A DNA stretch of 64,000 nucleotides from a virus (Duplodnaviria > Caudoviricetes). Where the stretch lies: positions 82,653-146,652 of the IMG/VR virus record IMGVR_UViG_3300029314_000064. One strand, 5' to 3'. The notes beneath the pieces were generated by a model. That model was not told where the DNA came from. It saw nothing but the letters and a program-made list of their open reading frames with translations, and searched no databases. Of this stretch, positions 42,789 through 53,513 are shown in pieces (within the stretch, counting starts at the first letter, position 1; every line of letters begins with the position of its first letter). Both the position numbers and the translations under genes were made by a program.

Positions 42789-43169
42789 CTAATATAAATA
42801 CCCTCCTCTCTTAATCTTTTAAACATCTTCCTGTAGGCGCTCGCGGGAGTGCGCGCCTTTGTAAATATTTTTTGGAAACCAAGAACCCAAACCTTAAAAT
42901 CTTTTTCCCTTTTCTTTTTAAGATTCAGAATAATCCCCATAAACAAAAGCCTCCTGATGCGTCGAACATCGGAGTCTTTTAAACTCACGCTGAACGGACG
43001 CATGTCAGGAGGCTCAATATGAATCTCTTTTTTCTTTGGCTTTATAAGAGATTCAAGAGAGGCTTCTTCAATTTTTTTGGCCATGGCGTCCTCAACCACT
43101 AAAGGTAACTAACTTTAGCATAGGCTACGCCAAAAGTATTCACTTTTTTTTCTATAGAATCACCTTTAT

Positions 43170-45512
43170 TTAATCACACTTAGAAACAAAACAAGTATCG
43201 CAGATTAAACAGCTTTCCTGGAACATAAGTCTTCCGCCACAAATTTTTCCATCTACAATATTATTGCATGAGTCAATAACAGTGTTGTTGTTCGAAATAT
43301 AACCGGCGAGCAACTTAGAAATCTTTTTATGAAGATTATATAAGTCGTGCTGATTGATTCTTCTCAACTGCTTAATGATACTCTCTATTGGCAAATCATG
43401 TCTTAGACACAAAGAAACCAAACGTGTTGTAACGCTGATGTTCTCTTTAGACATTTGAGAAATTTTACCTGCAATCATCTGAGCTATATCAGGCTTAACT
43501 TGATTATGAATTAAGAATTCTATGAAAGTAGTAATATTATTATCATCTGTATTATGAACAAACAATTCAACAGGGTGACCATTATCATTTTCATTAATTG
43601 TGATATATATATTTTCAGGCTTATGAGTTAAGTTTGTCACAACCTTATGTGTCTTACCGCTGAGAACATCAGGGCGAACAGGCAACTTATCCTGTTTTTC
43701 AACTTGAGACTTATTCTCAGAACCACCAACATTCATAATCTGCAAATTTCTTGTTCCGTCTCTATAAATTGTTCCACCCTTTGCGCCACCCCGCCATAAA
43801 GCAAATATAGCTTCTTTCACATCTTCAATAGAAGATTTTCTAGGAAGATTAATTGTTTTAGAAATTGAATTCTCAATGTATTTTTGAAGTGTACACTGGA
43901 TAGAGACGTGTTCTCTCCAGGTTATATCCATAGCTGTAATTGCTGATTCTCTAATCTCTTTTGGGATAAAATCTAGACCCTGTACTGAACCTTTATTTTC
44001 ATAAATTTTTTCTAGAACACTATCTGTTAAATCAAATCCATGCTTCTTACACAACAGCCTGAATGCCTTTGGAACCATATAGTAAACATTATTAGATCCA
44101 TCTGTTGTTTTCTTTTTGGTTACAATTCCAAACCACGGTTCGCAGCCACCCCAAACATCTGCAATCATAGATGTTGTTCCAGTTGGAGCAATGGTTGTTA
44201 CACAGCAGTTTCTTCTATTTGAAAATTTAGGCAATGCTTCATCATGAGATAAAAACAAGCCTTTTTCTTTTCCTAATTCAACACTTGCATCATGCGCCAC
44301 TTGATCAAATAATCTCATTTTATCTTCAATAAAAATATTCGCTTCTTCACTTCCGTATCCTAAACCAAGAGCTACAAGTGTGTCTGCTAGTCCCATAATT
44401 CCTAAACCAATTCTTCTGTGATTCATTGAAATTTTCTCACAAATATCATCTCTATATTTAAGAGGATAATTATTTAAATCCAAAACATTATCAAGAAATC
44501 TTATGGCAGTCTTAATATCTTCCTTAAATTTATCATCATCAAAATATCCATCTTCAGTAACATACCAGAATAAATTCATTGCCCCTAAATCACAGGCCTC
44601 ATAATAACCAAGAAATTGCTCACCGCAAGGGTTTGTCGTTTGCGGTTTTTCATGTGGGAATGGCCATGTCTTCATTGCTGTATCTAGAAATAAAAATCCT
44701 GGCTCTCCACCACCACCGTCATTATAAATTCCTGAACAAATTTCATTAAATATAGTTCTTGCTTTTACTGTTTGGATAATTTTTCCATCCCACATTAAAT
44801 TGAAATCTTTATCATCTACAACAGCTTCCATAAAATCATCTGTAATACCAACACTGATATTAAAATTCTCAATTGTTCCTTCAACTCTTTTACAATTTAT
44901 AAATTTCATAATATCAGGATGATCTACATTCAATACTGCCATATTGGCGCCACGCCGCCCGCCACCCTGCTTCAGCTCCACAGAACTCGCGTTATACAGC
45001 TTCAAAAAGCTAACAGGCCCGCTAGCACGGTATTTTGGATTACCGCGAATCATAAAGCCTTCAGGGCGCAAATTTGAAAAATTCTCTCCTACCCCGCCTT
45101 CCATAGCTGTAATATCTGCTGCATCCTCTAGAGACTGATAAATACTAGCGGGACCATGCTTACTATCTTCAATAGGAATAACATAACAATTCAGCATCTG
45201 ACCGCATCTTAATTCTGATTTATCATAATTATCAATCATCTCTTTTAAAAATAGTCTTTGATCAAAACTAAGATCCTCAAAATAAGTTCCTGCATTTGCC
45301 AAAATTCTGCCACCAGGAATAAATCTTTTTTCAGATATTAATTGAACAAATTTTTCTGACCATAGCTTCATAAGAAAAGGATTTTTTTCTGCTGCTCCTA
45401 TAAAAGTACCTATTCTTTTTGCCATTTTCTTAAAATCATTTATTTCATTCTTTAAATAATACTTCTCTTCAGAAACTTTTTCAGAAACTTGGTCATAATT
45501 AATTTCTGTCAT
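43170..45512 (-). CDS. nrdJ: class II (adenosylcobalamin-dependent) ribonucleotide reductase
   Basis: PGGRILANAG, NCYV, GGGRRGANM, TNPCGEQ, RRIGLG, TIAPTGT, SISKTIN, C-terminal TSCPD-like region with Cys tail; no beta subunit nearby. Confidence 0.9.
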   Translation of the reverse strand: MTEINYDQVSEKVSEEKYYLKNEINDFKKMAKRIGTFIGAAEKNPFLMKLWSEKFVQLISEKRFIPGGRILANAGTYFEDLSFDQRLFLKEMIDNYDKSELRCGQMLNCYVIPIEDSKHGPASIYQSLEDAADITAMEGGVGENFSNLRPEGFMIRGNPKYRASGPVSFLKLYNASSVELKQGGGRRGANMAVLNVDHPDIMKFINCKRVEGTIENFNISVGITDDFMEAVVDDKDFNLMWDGKIIQTVKARTIFNEICSGIYNDGGGGEPGFLFLDTAMKTWPFPHEKPQTTNPCGEQFLGYYEACDLGAMNLFWYVTEDGYFDDDKFKEDIKTAIRFLDNVLDLNNYPLKYRDDICEKISMNHRRIGLGIMGLADTLVALGLGYGSEEANIFIEDKMRLFDQVAHDASVELGKEKGLFLSHDEALPKFSNRRNCCVTTIAPTGTTSMIADVWGGCEPWFGIVTKKKTTDGSNNVYYMVPKAFRLLCKKHGFDLTDSVLEKIYENKGSVQGLDFIPKEIRESAITAMDITWREHVSIQCTLQKYIENSISKTINLPRKSSIEDVKEAIFALWRGGAKGGTIYRDGTRNLQIMNVGGSENKSQVEKQDKLPVRPDVLSGKTHKVVTNLTHKPENIYITINENDNGHPVELFVHNTDDNNITTFIEFLIHNQVKPDIAQMIAGKISQMSKENISVTTRLVSLCLRHDLPIESIIKQLRRINQHDLYNLHKKISKLLAGYISNNNTVIDSCNNIVDGKICGGRLMFQESCLICDTCFVSKCD

Positions 45513-45520
45513 ATGTCTCT

Positions 45521-46012
45521 CTATTTGTAATCTGGAGCAGGAACGATGCGGTAAGAGTCTTCTTCAAAATGCTGAGTAGAAACCTCAACAAATTGACATT
45601 TTTCTGAATTTTTCTTACCTACGAAATCATTAGGAATAGCCTCGAACCTATGAGGCGTGTAGGGAGGTATCCTAAATGATGTTCCTGGCCAAAGTACAAT
45701 CAATTGGTCTGGTTTGTTTTGTTTTTCTTTTACTTCTTCAATACCGGCAGTTGATGGTGTTGAAATAGAATTCCAAAGTTCTAATTTTAGTATTCCAGAC
45801 ATTATGTGAAAAGTTTCATCTTTGATTCTATGATAATGAATGCTGCATCTTCTCTTTGGAATAACATCTATTATTTTCATACAATATTTATCATTGTTTG
45901 CAATCCAAATCTCATTACCCCAATTTTTTTCCTTATAAACATATGGAATAGAAGAGATACCACCCTGGCTTGCTTGATACAAAGCCAATTTAGATAAATC
46001 ATGTTTTATCAT
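45521..46012 (-). CDS. cupin, sugar isomerase-like
   Basis: KNWGNEIW, CSIHYHRIKDETF, IPPYTPHRF, EVST...DSYR. Confidence 0.75.
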   Translation of the reverse strand: MIKHDLSKLALYQASQGGISSIPYVYKEKNWGNEIWIANNDKYCMKIIDVIPKRRCSIHYHRIKDETFHIMSGILKLELWNSISTPSTAGIEEVKEKQNKPDQLIVLWPGTSFRIPPYTPHRFEAIPNDFVGKKNSEKCQFVEVSTQHFEEDSYRIVPAPDYK

Positions 46013-46470
46013 TTATCAATCATCCCTTGATCAGATACATGGATATCTAGGTTTCCGTGATCTATATAAATAATACCCCTAACATGTTTTGAACCTTGAA
46101 TGTGATCGTATTTTTTGTCTAATACAGTATCTAATCCCTTAACAATAAAATCAATATCGTGAATCTTTATAGCCCTAATTACATCTTCTTCAGTTCCATT
46201 AAATACATCACACTCGACTTCAATCACTTGTGTAATGTATTTTAATCTAGTAAAAGCATCATAAAAAGGACGATTTTCTCCTTTCAATTTTCTCATAGAT
46301 TCATCATCATTAAGTAAGACAATAACATTTCCTAATTTTTTAGCTGCATGTATTAATGACATATGTCCAACATGCATTCTTGGTTCTTCTCCTGATTTCA
46401 TATCAAAACATCCAACCAATAATAAATTAGATTTTCCTGAGTTAGCGTTTTGGCAAGACAATTTCAGCAC
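46009..46470 (-). CDS. HldE/RfaE domain II-like nucleotidyltransferase (heptose-1-phosphate adenylyltransferase-like)
   Basis: GCFD...HVGH, LNDDESMRKLKGENRP, IVKG.D. Confidence 0.82.
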   Translation of the reverse strand: MLKLSCQNANSGKSNLLLVGCFDMKSGEEPRMHVGHMSLIHAAKKLGNVIVLLNDDESMRKLKGENRPFYDAFTRLKYITQVIEVECDVFNGTEEDVIRAIKIHDIDFIVKGLDTVLDKKYDHIQGSKHVRGIIYIDHGNLDIHVSDQGMIDK

Positions 46471-47077
46471 CTTGGCCTTGATATTTTCCTTTTCTATCTA
46501 AATAAGAAACCTTACATTCTTCGCCCTTAAAAAATACAATCTGCGCAACACCTTCTTCTGCGTACAGCTTCGCAGGCATAGGCGTCGCATTACTAATTTC
46601 TATAGTAAGGTAACCTTCCCATCCTGCTTCGAGCGGAGTGACGTTAACAATCAATCCAGCTCTAGCAAGTGTACTCTTACCCCATGCAACTCCAGTAATA
46701 TCACGAGGTAAATTAAATTTCTCCATAGACCTTGTAAGAACATAAGCATTAGGAGGGATAATAACATGTCCCTTTCCTTTGACATTAATAAAATTATCTT
46801 CAGTAATATTTTTAGGATCATTGATAACAGCATTTACATTGGAATAAATCTTAAATTCGTCTGCTGCCCTAATGTCATAACCAAAACTAGATTGTCCATA
46901 TGATGCGATCTTTTCTCCATTTTTTTCTCTAATAGATTCACAAAAATAAGGAGAAATTAATTTACTGTCTTTAGGAAGTGAATCATCAAGAAACATCATC
47001 ATCTGATCATTCATAATCCCAAAATATGTTTGATATTTTTCTATCTTAAGAAAATCTTTAGAAACCAAATTAGACAT
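46442..47077 (-). CDS. dcd: dCTP deaminase
   Basis: SYGQSSFGYDIR, GKSTLARAG...NVTPLEAGWEG..T.EISN, GKYQGQ. Confidence 0.93.
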   Translation of the reverse strand: MSNLVSKDFLKIEKYQTYFGIMNDQMMMFLDDSLPKDSKLISPYFCESIREKNGEKIASYGQSSFGYDIRAADEFKIYSNVNAVINDPKNITEDNFINVKGKGHVIIPPNAYVLTRSMEKFNLPRDITGVAWGKSTLARAGLIVNVTPLEAGWEGYLTIEISNATPMPAKLYAEEGVAQIVFFKGEECKVSYLDRKGKYQGQGAEIVLPKR

Positions 47078-47491
47078 TTACTGCCTCCTTTTGTTGTTCT
47101 TTTATATACATGATATAGTCATTAATCACTGGCTTATGCGGTAATGGAATTTTCTTTGAGTTCTCATCCACAAAATAAGATTCATTCTCATTCAAATAAA
47201 ATATAAATCCTTTGTGCGGTATCACATCACAACTCAAAATATAAGCATATCTGTTTTTGGATATTGTTATTTTATTGATAATAATATCTTTGGTAACCAA
47301 ATTAATATCAAATGTCTTTGCAGCCCGCATGTATATAAATAAAGATCTAATTCTCTTTTCTTGGAATGACAAATTATTCCATGAAGAAACAACAGATGAG
47401 TTTATCTTACCAAGAACAACAAAGTTTTTAAGATTCGATGTTGTATCTCGGCAAACTTTATCTATAAATGCAACAGGGCCCATAGTCATAC

Positions 47492-48715
47492 TCATCTCGT
47501 TTCTTTTATATATTTCTTTAGAATATTGACATGATGATTTCTAACATACGATATCTGATTATAATCTTTATTCTTCACATACTTTTCTATCATCTCAAAA
47601 ACAGACAAATCTTTATTTATAACTTCTGTATTCTTTTTTTCTTTAAACAAATTATCATCCCTAAAAACCTCGTGAGCTCCAGCTTCTATTAGGCTCTTTC
47701 TATAACCATCAAAATTAAAACCATTTATTGCTTCAATTGTACCACTAACTTTTATCGTTATAATTCTGTTTTTTATTTTTTCTGCATGTTTTTTAGTATT
47801 TAGAATCCATGGATGCATATACTGACCAGGAATACATTCTATAATCTTAAAGGTTGGTGATTTAGATTTCACAAAATTCACAGTATTTTTTGTCAAATTA
47901 AGAATCTGATAACCTCTTTTTTGATTTGCATCACCAAAATTCATTTGATTTACACTTCCGCAATAATACACATTCTTCAATTCATTGACATACTGAAATC
48001 TATGAAAGTCACCACACACAACCCAGTCAAACGCCTCAGAGCATTTCTTAATCAGAGCGCTCGGAATGCCGTCAGGACACTTCATACTGCCCATATCGGC
48101 ACCTTGTATACCCCCATGCAAAAGCATAACTCTGAATCGGTCCTTGGGCCTTTTATGGGTCATAGAATCTTTAAGCATATTTTCTATATAATTAATAATG
48201 ATCTTATTAGCTGGAACACAATAATAGTCAACCTTGCCTATGGAAATAACAGACGGGAATGTTATGATGTGATGATTGTTTTCTTTTGGAACAAAGAATT
48301 CATAATGCTTTAGTGTTGAGAAGTTTGCAGCGGCATCATCATACTCATGATTGCCACCTATAATAATAGATCCGTTTTTACGGACAGGATGATACAGATA
48401 AGAAAGCCAGTCGCTAACATAGTGAAGCGTGACTGCATCAACAACTCTTTGATCTATCAAATCACCACATAAAACAAGAGGCGCTCCGATTGAATTAGCA
48501 ATATCGGAGGCCTCTTTGAGTATGAAGTATTTTCTCTCTAGATCAGAATTAACACCTGAACCATTATATTTCCCATAGGTCCAGTGATTCATCATATGAA
48601 CATCAGCTACAGTGACAATGCACTGGTCGCCTTTTTCATAATCAGTTTTGCCAATAATATCACTAATCAATTGATTATTCTTCCTTTGAGTCGCCTTCAT
48701 CTTTTTTACCACCAT
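47492..48715 (-). CDS. SbcD/Mre11/gp47-like metallophosphoesterase nuclease
   Basis: ADVH, CGDLID, GNHE, LH, GDFH motifs. Confidence 0.88.
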   Translation of the reverse strand: MVVKKMKATQRKNNQLISDIIGKTDYEKGDQCIVTVADVHMMNHWTYGKYNGSGVNSDLERKYFILKEASDIANSIGAPLVLCGDLIDQRVVDAVTLHYVSDWLSYLYHPVRKNGSIIIGGNHEYDDAAANFSTLKHYEFFVPKENNHHIITFPSVISIGKVDYYCVPANKIIINYIENMLKDSMTHKRPKDRFRVMLLHGGIQGADMGSMKCPDGIPSALIKKCSEAFDWVVCGDFHRFQYVNELKNVYYCGSVNQMNFGDANQKRGYQILNLTKNTVNFVKSKSPTFKIIECIPGQYMHPWILNTKKHAEKIKNRIITIKVSGTIEAINGFNFDGYRKSLIEAGAHEVFRDDNLFKEKKNTEVINKDLSVFEMIEKYVKNKDYNQISYVRNHHVNILKKYIKETR

Positions 48716-49850
48716 CTTTTAAAAATCTTGAAACATTAAAATTCTTCATATAATCCTTAGTGATTTTCTCATACTCATAAAACACTGAAGGATCTTCCTC
48801 AAACCGAGTTTTTAGATTCCTAAGTGTCATCTTCTCTTCTGCAAATTTACCAACATCAGAAAACACCAAAGAGTTCTTAAGTCTTGTTGCAATTCCTAAG
48901 CCTTCCATACAATCAGCCCAAGAATCAACATAATCAAAACCTTCATCAAAATTAAGAACAACTTGGGTTTTCAAGAATGGACGTACACCACATTGATTTT
49001 TAATATTATCTATATGAATAACTATAGATTTATCATCTTTCTTTTGTGCCCACATCTTCCATCTCTGAGCACAATAATACTTCAATGCATTTCCACCATA
49101 TGTGGTTACACCACCTGCCCTAGAACCAAATCCCAACTTAGCTCTATTCTGATTAATCCATAAAATAGTTACATTTCTCTTAGAGAGCCTATTTGTAATT
49201 CTTCTTTGAGCCTGAGACATTTTTCTCTGAAATACACCAATATTATTATCATTCATATCACCTTCTAATTCTGTGCGGCTTGGCATAGCAGCAACAGAAT
49301 CTACAGCAATAATAGTTCCGAATGCTTTCATATTATCAGGTAATTCATTTCTCTCAGGCATACCATCCATAACTTTATCAATAATCTCTATAGTATCTTC
49401 AAGACAATCAGGCTGTAAAAATAGAGTGTTGTCTCCTAATAAGCCAAGTGTTGAAGCACGAAAAGGATCTAACTTATTTTCATGTTCCAACCAAACAACA
49501 TTCCATCCCATTCTACGTTGAGCACTACCGGCAATCTGACATACTATACTTGTTTTTCCAGATGATTCAGGTCCAGAAAATTCAACTTGACGCCCAATAG
49601 GTAATCCACAATTACCCATTGGTGTTCTTGCACTTATCAAATCAAAATTAGGAAGACCTGATCTTATTACTCTCTTAATTCTAGTAGGAACATTAGGGTC
49701 ATTCATTCTCCAAATAGGTATCTTCATATGATTTTTAATAGTGAAATCAGAAATAATATCAATCATATTGGTTATAACTTGTTGCCTTATTTCATCAGGA
49801 TCAGACTTTAATTGTAAAGCCTCTCTAACTTTAGCTTTCTTTTTCTTCAT
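48675..49850 (-). CDS. recA: RecA/UvsX recombinase
   Basis: GPESSGKT, VDSVAAM, INQ.R, GGNALKYY. Confidence 0.92.
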   Translation of the reverse strand: MKKKKAKVREALQLKSDPDEIRQQVITNMIDIISDFTIKNHMKIPIWRMNDPNVPTRIKRVIRSGLPNFDLISARTPMGNCGLPIGRQVEFSGPESSGKTSIVCQIAGSAQRRMGWNVVWLEHENKLDPFRASTLGLLGDNTLFLQPDCLEDTIEIIDKVMDGMPERNELPDNMKAFGTIIAVDSVAAMPSRTELEGDMNDNNIGVFQRKMSQAQRRITNRLSKRNVTILWINQNRAKLGFGSRAGGVTTYGGNALKYYCAQRWKMWAQKKDDKSIVIHIDNIKNQCGVRPFLKTQVVLNFDEGFDYVDSWADCMEGLGIATRLKNSLVFSDVGKFAEEKMTLRNLKTRFEEDPSVFYEYEKITKDYMKNFNVSRFLKDGGKKDEGDSKEE

Positions 49851-50884
49851 TTAGCCTTCTTAGATTTAGATTGAGACTTCAATCTTTTCTTCATATCCTC
49901 AAGTTGCTCCTTAGAAACTTTTGGCTTTGTAACAGGAGCTGAATCTTTCTTCTTAAATTTCTTCTTGCCTTCAGAATCACCGCTGGCTGGAGAAACACTT
50001 CCTTCTCCAAGCATTTGGCGCATCTGCTCTTCTGTAGAAGGAACAACCAATTTAGACAAATCCTGTGCTTGTTTTTCAACAACAGCAATCACATGCTCAG
50101 GAATCTTAATAGGTGCTGCCCATTCAGTCATATATTCAGTATCCTGTTTACCTTCTCCTGTCCTCTTGATCTTCATAGGAATACATTCTTCAGGATTGGT
50201 TACATCAATTTCATCATCAGACAATTTATCAATAAGAGACTTATATGGTCCGTATTGAATATCCCATGGCTGCACGCCTTTCTGGCATGAAGATAGGAAT
50301 GGGCACTTACGACACTTTGTATGCTTCTCATCTTCTGTGCCATGGTTCTCACCAAAGCACTCAGGAAATTCATCAACAACCTTACCAGACTTATCATAAA
50401 TTCCTGCAACATCAAGAACCTGAACAACTTGTTTCACCCTCATACCTTGGGCTTTTGCTTCTGTTTCATACTTCTTCTGAAGACCCGCTTTTCCTTCAGC
50501 TTTAAAAGCTCTAGCCTTATTCCATAAATCATTCACGCGCGCACACGCAATACAGTCCTTACGTGTTTCTGGATTAGCAGATGTACGCATGCATGAGCCG
50601 AAACCCTTACCTTCAGGCCCAAGGTTGTTATGCATAAATCTATCAACAAATGGAAGACCATTCATACTTTCTGAAACAGGCGGCAAAATCCAAAGGTATG
50701 ATTTTCCCTGCGGGACTTTAAAATATTTTGAGCCACCACGATTCTTACGTCTCTCGTCATCATCCTTAATTTTTTTCTTAATTGCCTTCACATTTGAGGA
50801 GCCTAATTTAACAGAAGACTTTTTCTTAGTCTCTTCATCACCTGATTTAACTTTAACCTTTAATTTCTTCTTATTTTTGATCAA
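49847..50884 (-). CDS. single-stranded DNA-binding protein (gp32-like, Zn-binding)
   Basis: ILPP...H...C...CIAC, DVTNP..., KRTGEG..DTEY; adjacent to recA. Confidence 0.7.
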   Translation of the reverse strand: MIKNKKKLKVKVKSGDEETKKKSSVKLGSSNVKAIKKKIKDDDERRKNRGGSKYFKVPQGKSYLWILPPVSESMNGLPFVDRFMHNNLGPEGKGFGSCMRTSANPETRKDCIACARVNDLWNKARAFKAEGKAGLQKKYETEAKAQGMRVKQVVQVLDVAGIYDKSGKVVDEFPECFGENHGTEDEKHTKCRKCPFLSSCQKGVQPWDIQYGPYKSLIDKLSDDEIDVTNPEECIPMKIKRTGEGKQDTEYMTEWAAPIKIPEHVIAVVEKQAQDLSKLVVPSTEEQMRQMLGEGSVSPASGDSEGKKKFKKKDSAPVTKPKVSKEQLEDMKKRLKSQSKSKKAK

Positions 50885-50895
50885 GACTTTCTCCT

Positions 50896-51612
50896 TTAAT
50901 CTCTGGTTTTGTCGTAAGCAAGTTCATTTTCTATTTCAACATTGTCAGAGTATTCATTCTGAGCTTCTTTTTTCTTTTTCAAAATTTTCTTCAGATTACG
51001 AGGCTTGTCTTCAACAACTCTCCTTTTATTATTAAGATCTTTACTTAAACTCTTTTTTCCAGAATTTGAAAATGAAGAATCATTCGGCCTCATAACATCG
51101 CCACTGTTATGCATCATAGCACGTATATTTGCTGATTTAGTCTGTAACATGCGTGACTTAATATCTAAGGCATTCGTAACTTGCTCAAGGATTAATGCCT
51201 GCCTTTCTTCCCTAGCTAACCTTTTAGATACAGTAACATAAGAATCATGAGACTCAATAAAAGCCCTCACTCTTATGTCAGTCAACTTACCCTGTATTTC
51301 TCCGCCTCTTGCTTTATTCTCAAGTACACCAAACAACTGCCTTCTCTTTGTTCTTGTAACATCAGCTCTTTCAGAAGCGTATGCAGCAAGTATAGAGCAT
51401 ATGGCATAACCTGAAGATATTTTATCTATTTCAGAATCTAAATCTCCATTACTAAGTATTAAATCTAAAACATTAAAGGAAATTTGTTCATCATTTAAAT
51501 TATCTTCAATCTGCATAAACTTCAATACAGAAGGTGAATACAAAGAAGAAGGGGCCCTACGCACAGACCCCTTCTTCTTCGTCTTCACATATTCACTTTT
51601 TTCAGAACTCAC
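50896..51612 (-). CDS. putative UvsY-like recombination mediator
   Basis: Helical protein upstream of SSB and recA; LTD..V.AFI...ALDIKSRMLQ pattern. Confidence 0.4.
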   Translation of the reverse strand: MSSEKSEYVKTKKKGSVRRAPSSLYSPSVLKFMQIEDNLNDEQISFNVLDLILSNGDLDSEIDKISSGYAICSILAAYASERADVTRTKRRQLFGVLENKARGGEIQGKLTDIRVRAFIESHDSYVTVSKRLAREERQALILEQVTNALDIKSRMLQTKSANIRAMMHNSGDVMRPNDSSFSNSGKKSLSKDLNNKRRVVEDKPRNLKKILKKKKEAQNEYSDNVEIENELAYDKTRD

Positions 51613-51950
51613 TTCTTCTTCTTTTCGGCCTTCTTCTTACCCCAAACACGATAAGAATTGGCCAGCTTAAATCTAACTGCCAAACGTGAAGGCACCTTAA
51701 TGGATTCGCCACTGTGCGGATTGCGCGCATTGCGTGGCTTCCGCTGGACAACAATCAGAGTACCCATGGGGGTGGAGACCTTGTCGCCAGGGGTTAGCTT
51801 GTTGTCATAAAGCATCTTCTCAACATCATCAAAGAACCCGCGCACGGTCTTGACATCGCTGCGCTCTTCAATAATGTCTTGCAGTAAATACTTCTTGCCC
51901 TTGGACTTCTTCTCAACTGCCTTCTCGGACTTCTCAGACTTCTTTGCCAT
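51609..51950 (-). CDS. HU/IHF-family DNA-binding protein
   Basis: GTL.V..RKPRNARNPHSGESIKVPSR..VRFK. Confidence 0.9.
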   Translation of the reverse strand: MAKKSEKSEKAVEKKSKGKKYLLQDIIEERSDVKTVRGFFDDVEKMLYDNKLTPGDKVSTPMGTLIVVQRKPRNARNPHSGESIKVPSRLAVRFKLANSYRVWGKKKAEKKKK

Positions 51951-51971
51951 GGTTTTATATCCTAAGTTTGT

Positions 51972-52463
51972 TTATGGTTTGAGTTTATTTCTCTTCATCC
52001 ACGCATCAAATATTTCAGGCTTTGTTAAAATAAATTCCGTAACGGCAAGAAAATGATAAACGCCGCCATCTACAAATGTATCAACTGCTTGCTCTTCATC
52101 GTCATTTGGATCAGGATGATCAATAAATCTAACAATCAGTTCAGTATTCATAAATATTTTTTCAAGCCTATCAAATTTTCTAGCGACGTTTGAAAAAATA
52201 CTAAGAACCCAACCGCGTTTTTTCCATGAATCACGATAAGTATTAGATTTACGAGCATGCAGAATTTTACAAATCGCAAATAAAGTACCTAGAGTGTGCA
52301 TTTCTAATTCTCTAGAGTACATACCATTTAATTCTTTTTTCTTCCTACGTAATATTTCTATATTATTATTCAGTAATTCTAAATGTTTTGCTTCTGTAAG
52401 TGGAGCAGTAATATCTTCAAGATCTTCATCATCAAAATTAACTTGAGTATTGCCTGTATTCAT
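51972..52463 (-). CDS. nucleotide-modification-associated domain 1 (MazG-like all-alpha NTP pyrophosphatase fold)
   Basis: RK..TY.DSWKKRG...NVARKFDRL...DTFVD..VY. Confidence 0.7.
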   Translation of the reverse strand: MNTGNTQVNFDDEDLEDITAPLTEAKHLELLNNNIEILRRKKKELNGMYSRELEMHTLGTLFAICKILHARKSNTYRDSWKKRGWVLSIFSNVARKFDRLEKIFMNTELIVRFIDHPDPNDDEEQAVDTFVDGGVYHFLAVTEFILTKPEIFDAWMKRNKLKP

Positions 52464-53513
52464 ACTTACCTCACTTGTTTATACTGTAGCAAGGAAAAAA
52501 CGCTAACCGGGTCGGTTTTTATTCACTTATAACAACTATTCATCATTCTCGAATACAAATTCACCAGGAATTGCCACTAATTTAAATACTTCAGTACTTT
52601 CAATTTTCAATGTAATAATTCTATCTATCTTTGGAGACACAGCCGTTACATCAATCCATTCAGAATCCATAATCTCCTCTTAATTCTTTTCTGTGTGAAG
52701 TCTTTATAAGTTGTGATTTTCTTCGCAACTTATTTCTTAAGACATCTGAAGTATTAAATATTTTTTGACATTTATCCCCTGTTAACTTCAAAACAAATCC
52801 ATCAACAACACAACCATAACAAGAAATTCTCCTTATAGAGTTTTTCTCTTCCAGATAAATTTCTTGATTAACTGGAAGTACAGAAGAATACTTAATGTGT
52901 TTAGGGATGGATTCTACGCAGTCTATTTCATGAAGACTAAATACTTCATTAACCTCATCATACCATGGAACCTTAAAGGTATTCTCAAGATCATTCACGC
53001 TACAATACCTAAAAATACTTCCATCATATATGAGAATCTTTGAATAACCATTCACAGCGACTTTAGTTCTATTCATAAGTTTTAAGAAAAAGTTTATCTT
53101 ATAATCATATCTTTGAGTTTTAGGTCCGTACCAGTATTTAGAATATCTACCTTCATATCTTTTTTTACCTGGAGGAGCCAAAACATCTAATAAGAAACTG
53201 GTTCCGTATGTCGGCCTATTCTTCGGTATAAAAACACTTAAGAGTTTATAATGCTTTAGAGAATCCTTAAATTTTTTCTTCTGCTCTCTACCCATAAATA
53301 ATGGATAAACCAATACATCCTCAAAAATAAATCTGTCTTTTTCTATTCCAATAAATGCTTTTATCCTAAAGCACTTACTTTTTCTTTTATAACTCTTATA
53401 GTCATCTGCAAGAATCTTAGATCCAAATGGAAGAACAGGTATATAAAATCTATCTCTTACTGATGAGTCATGTGTTTTAATATCTTGAATTAGTTTATCT
53501 ATTTCATCCATAA

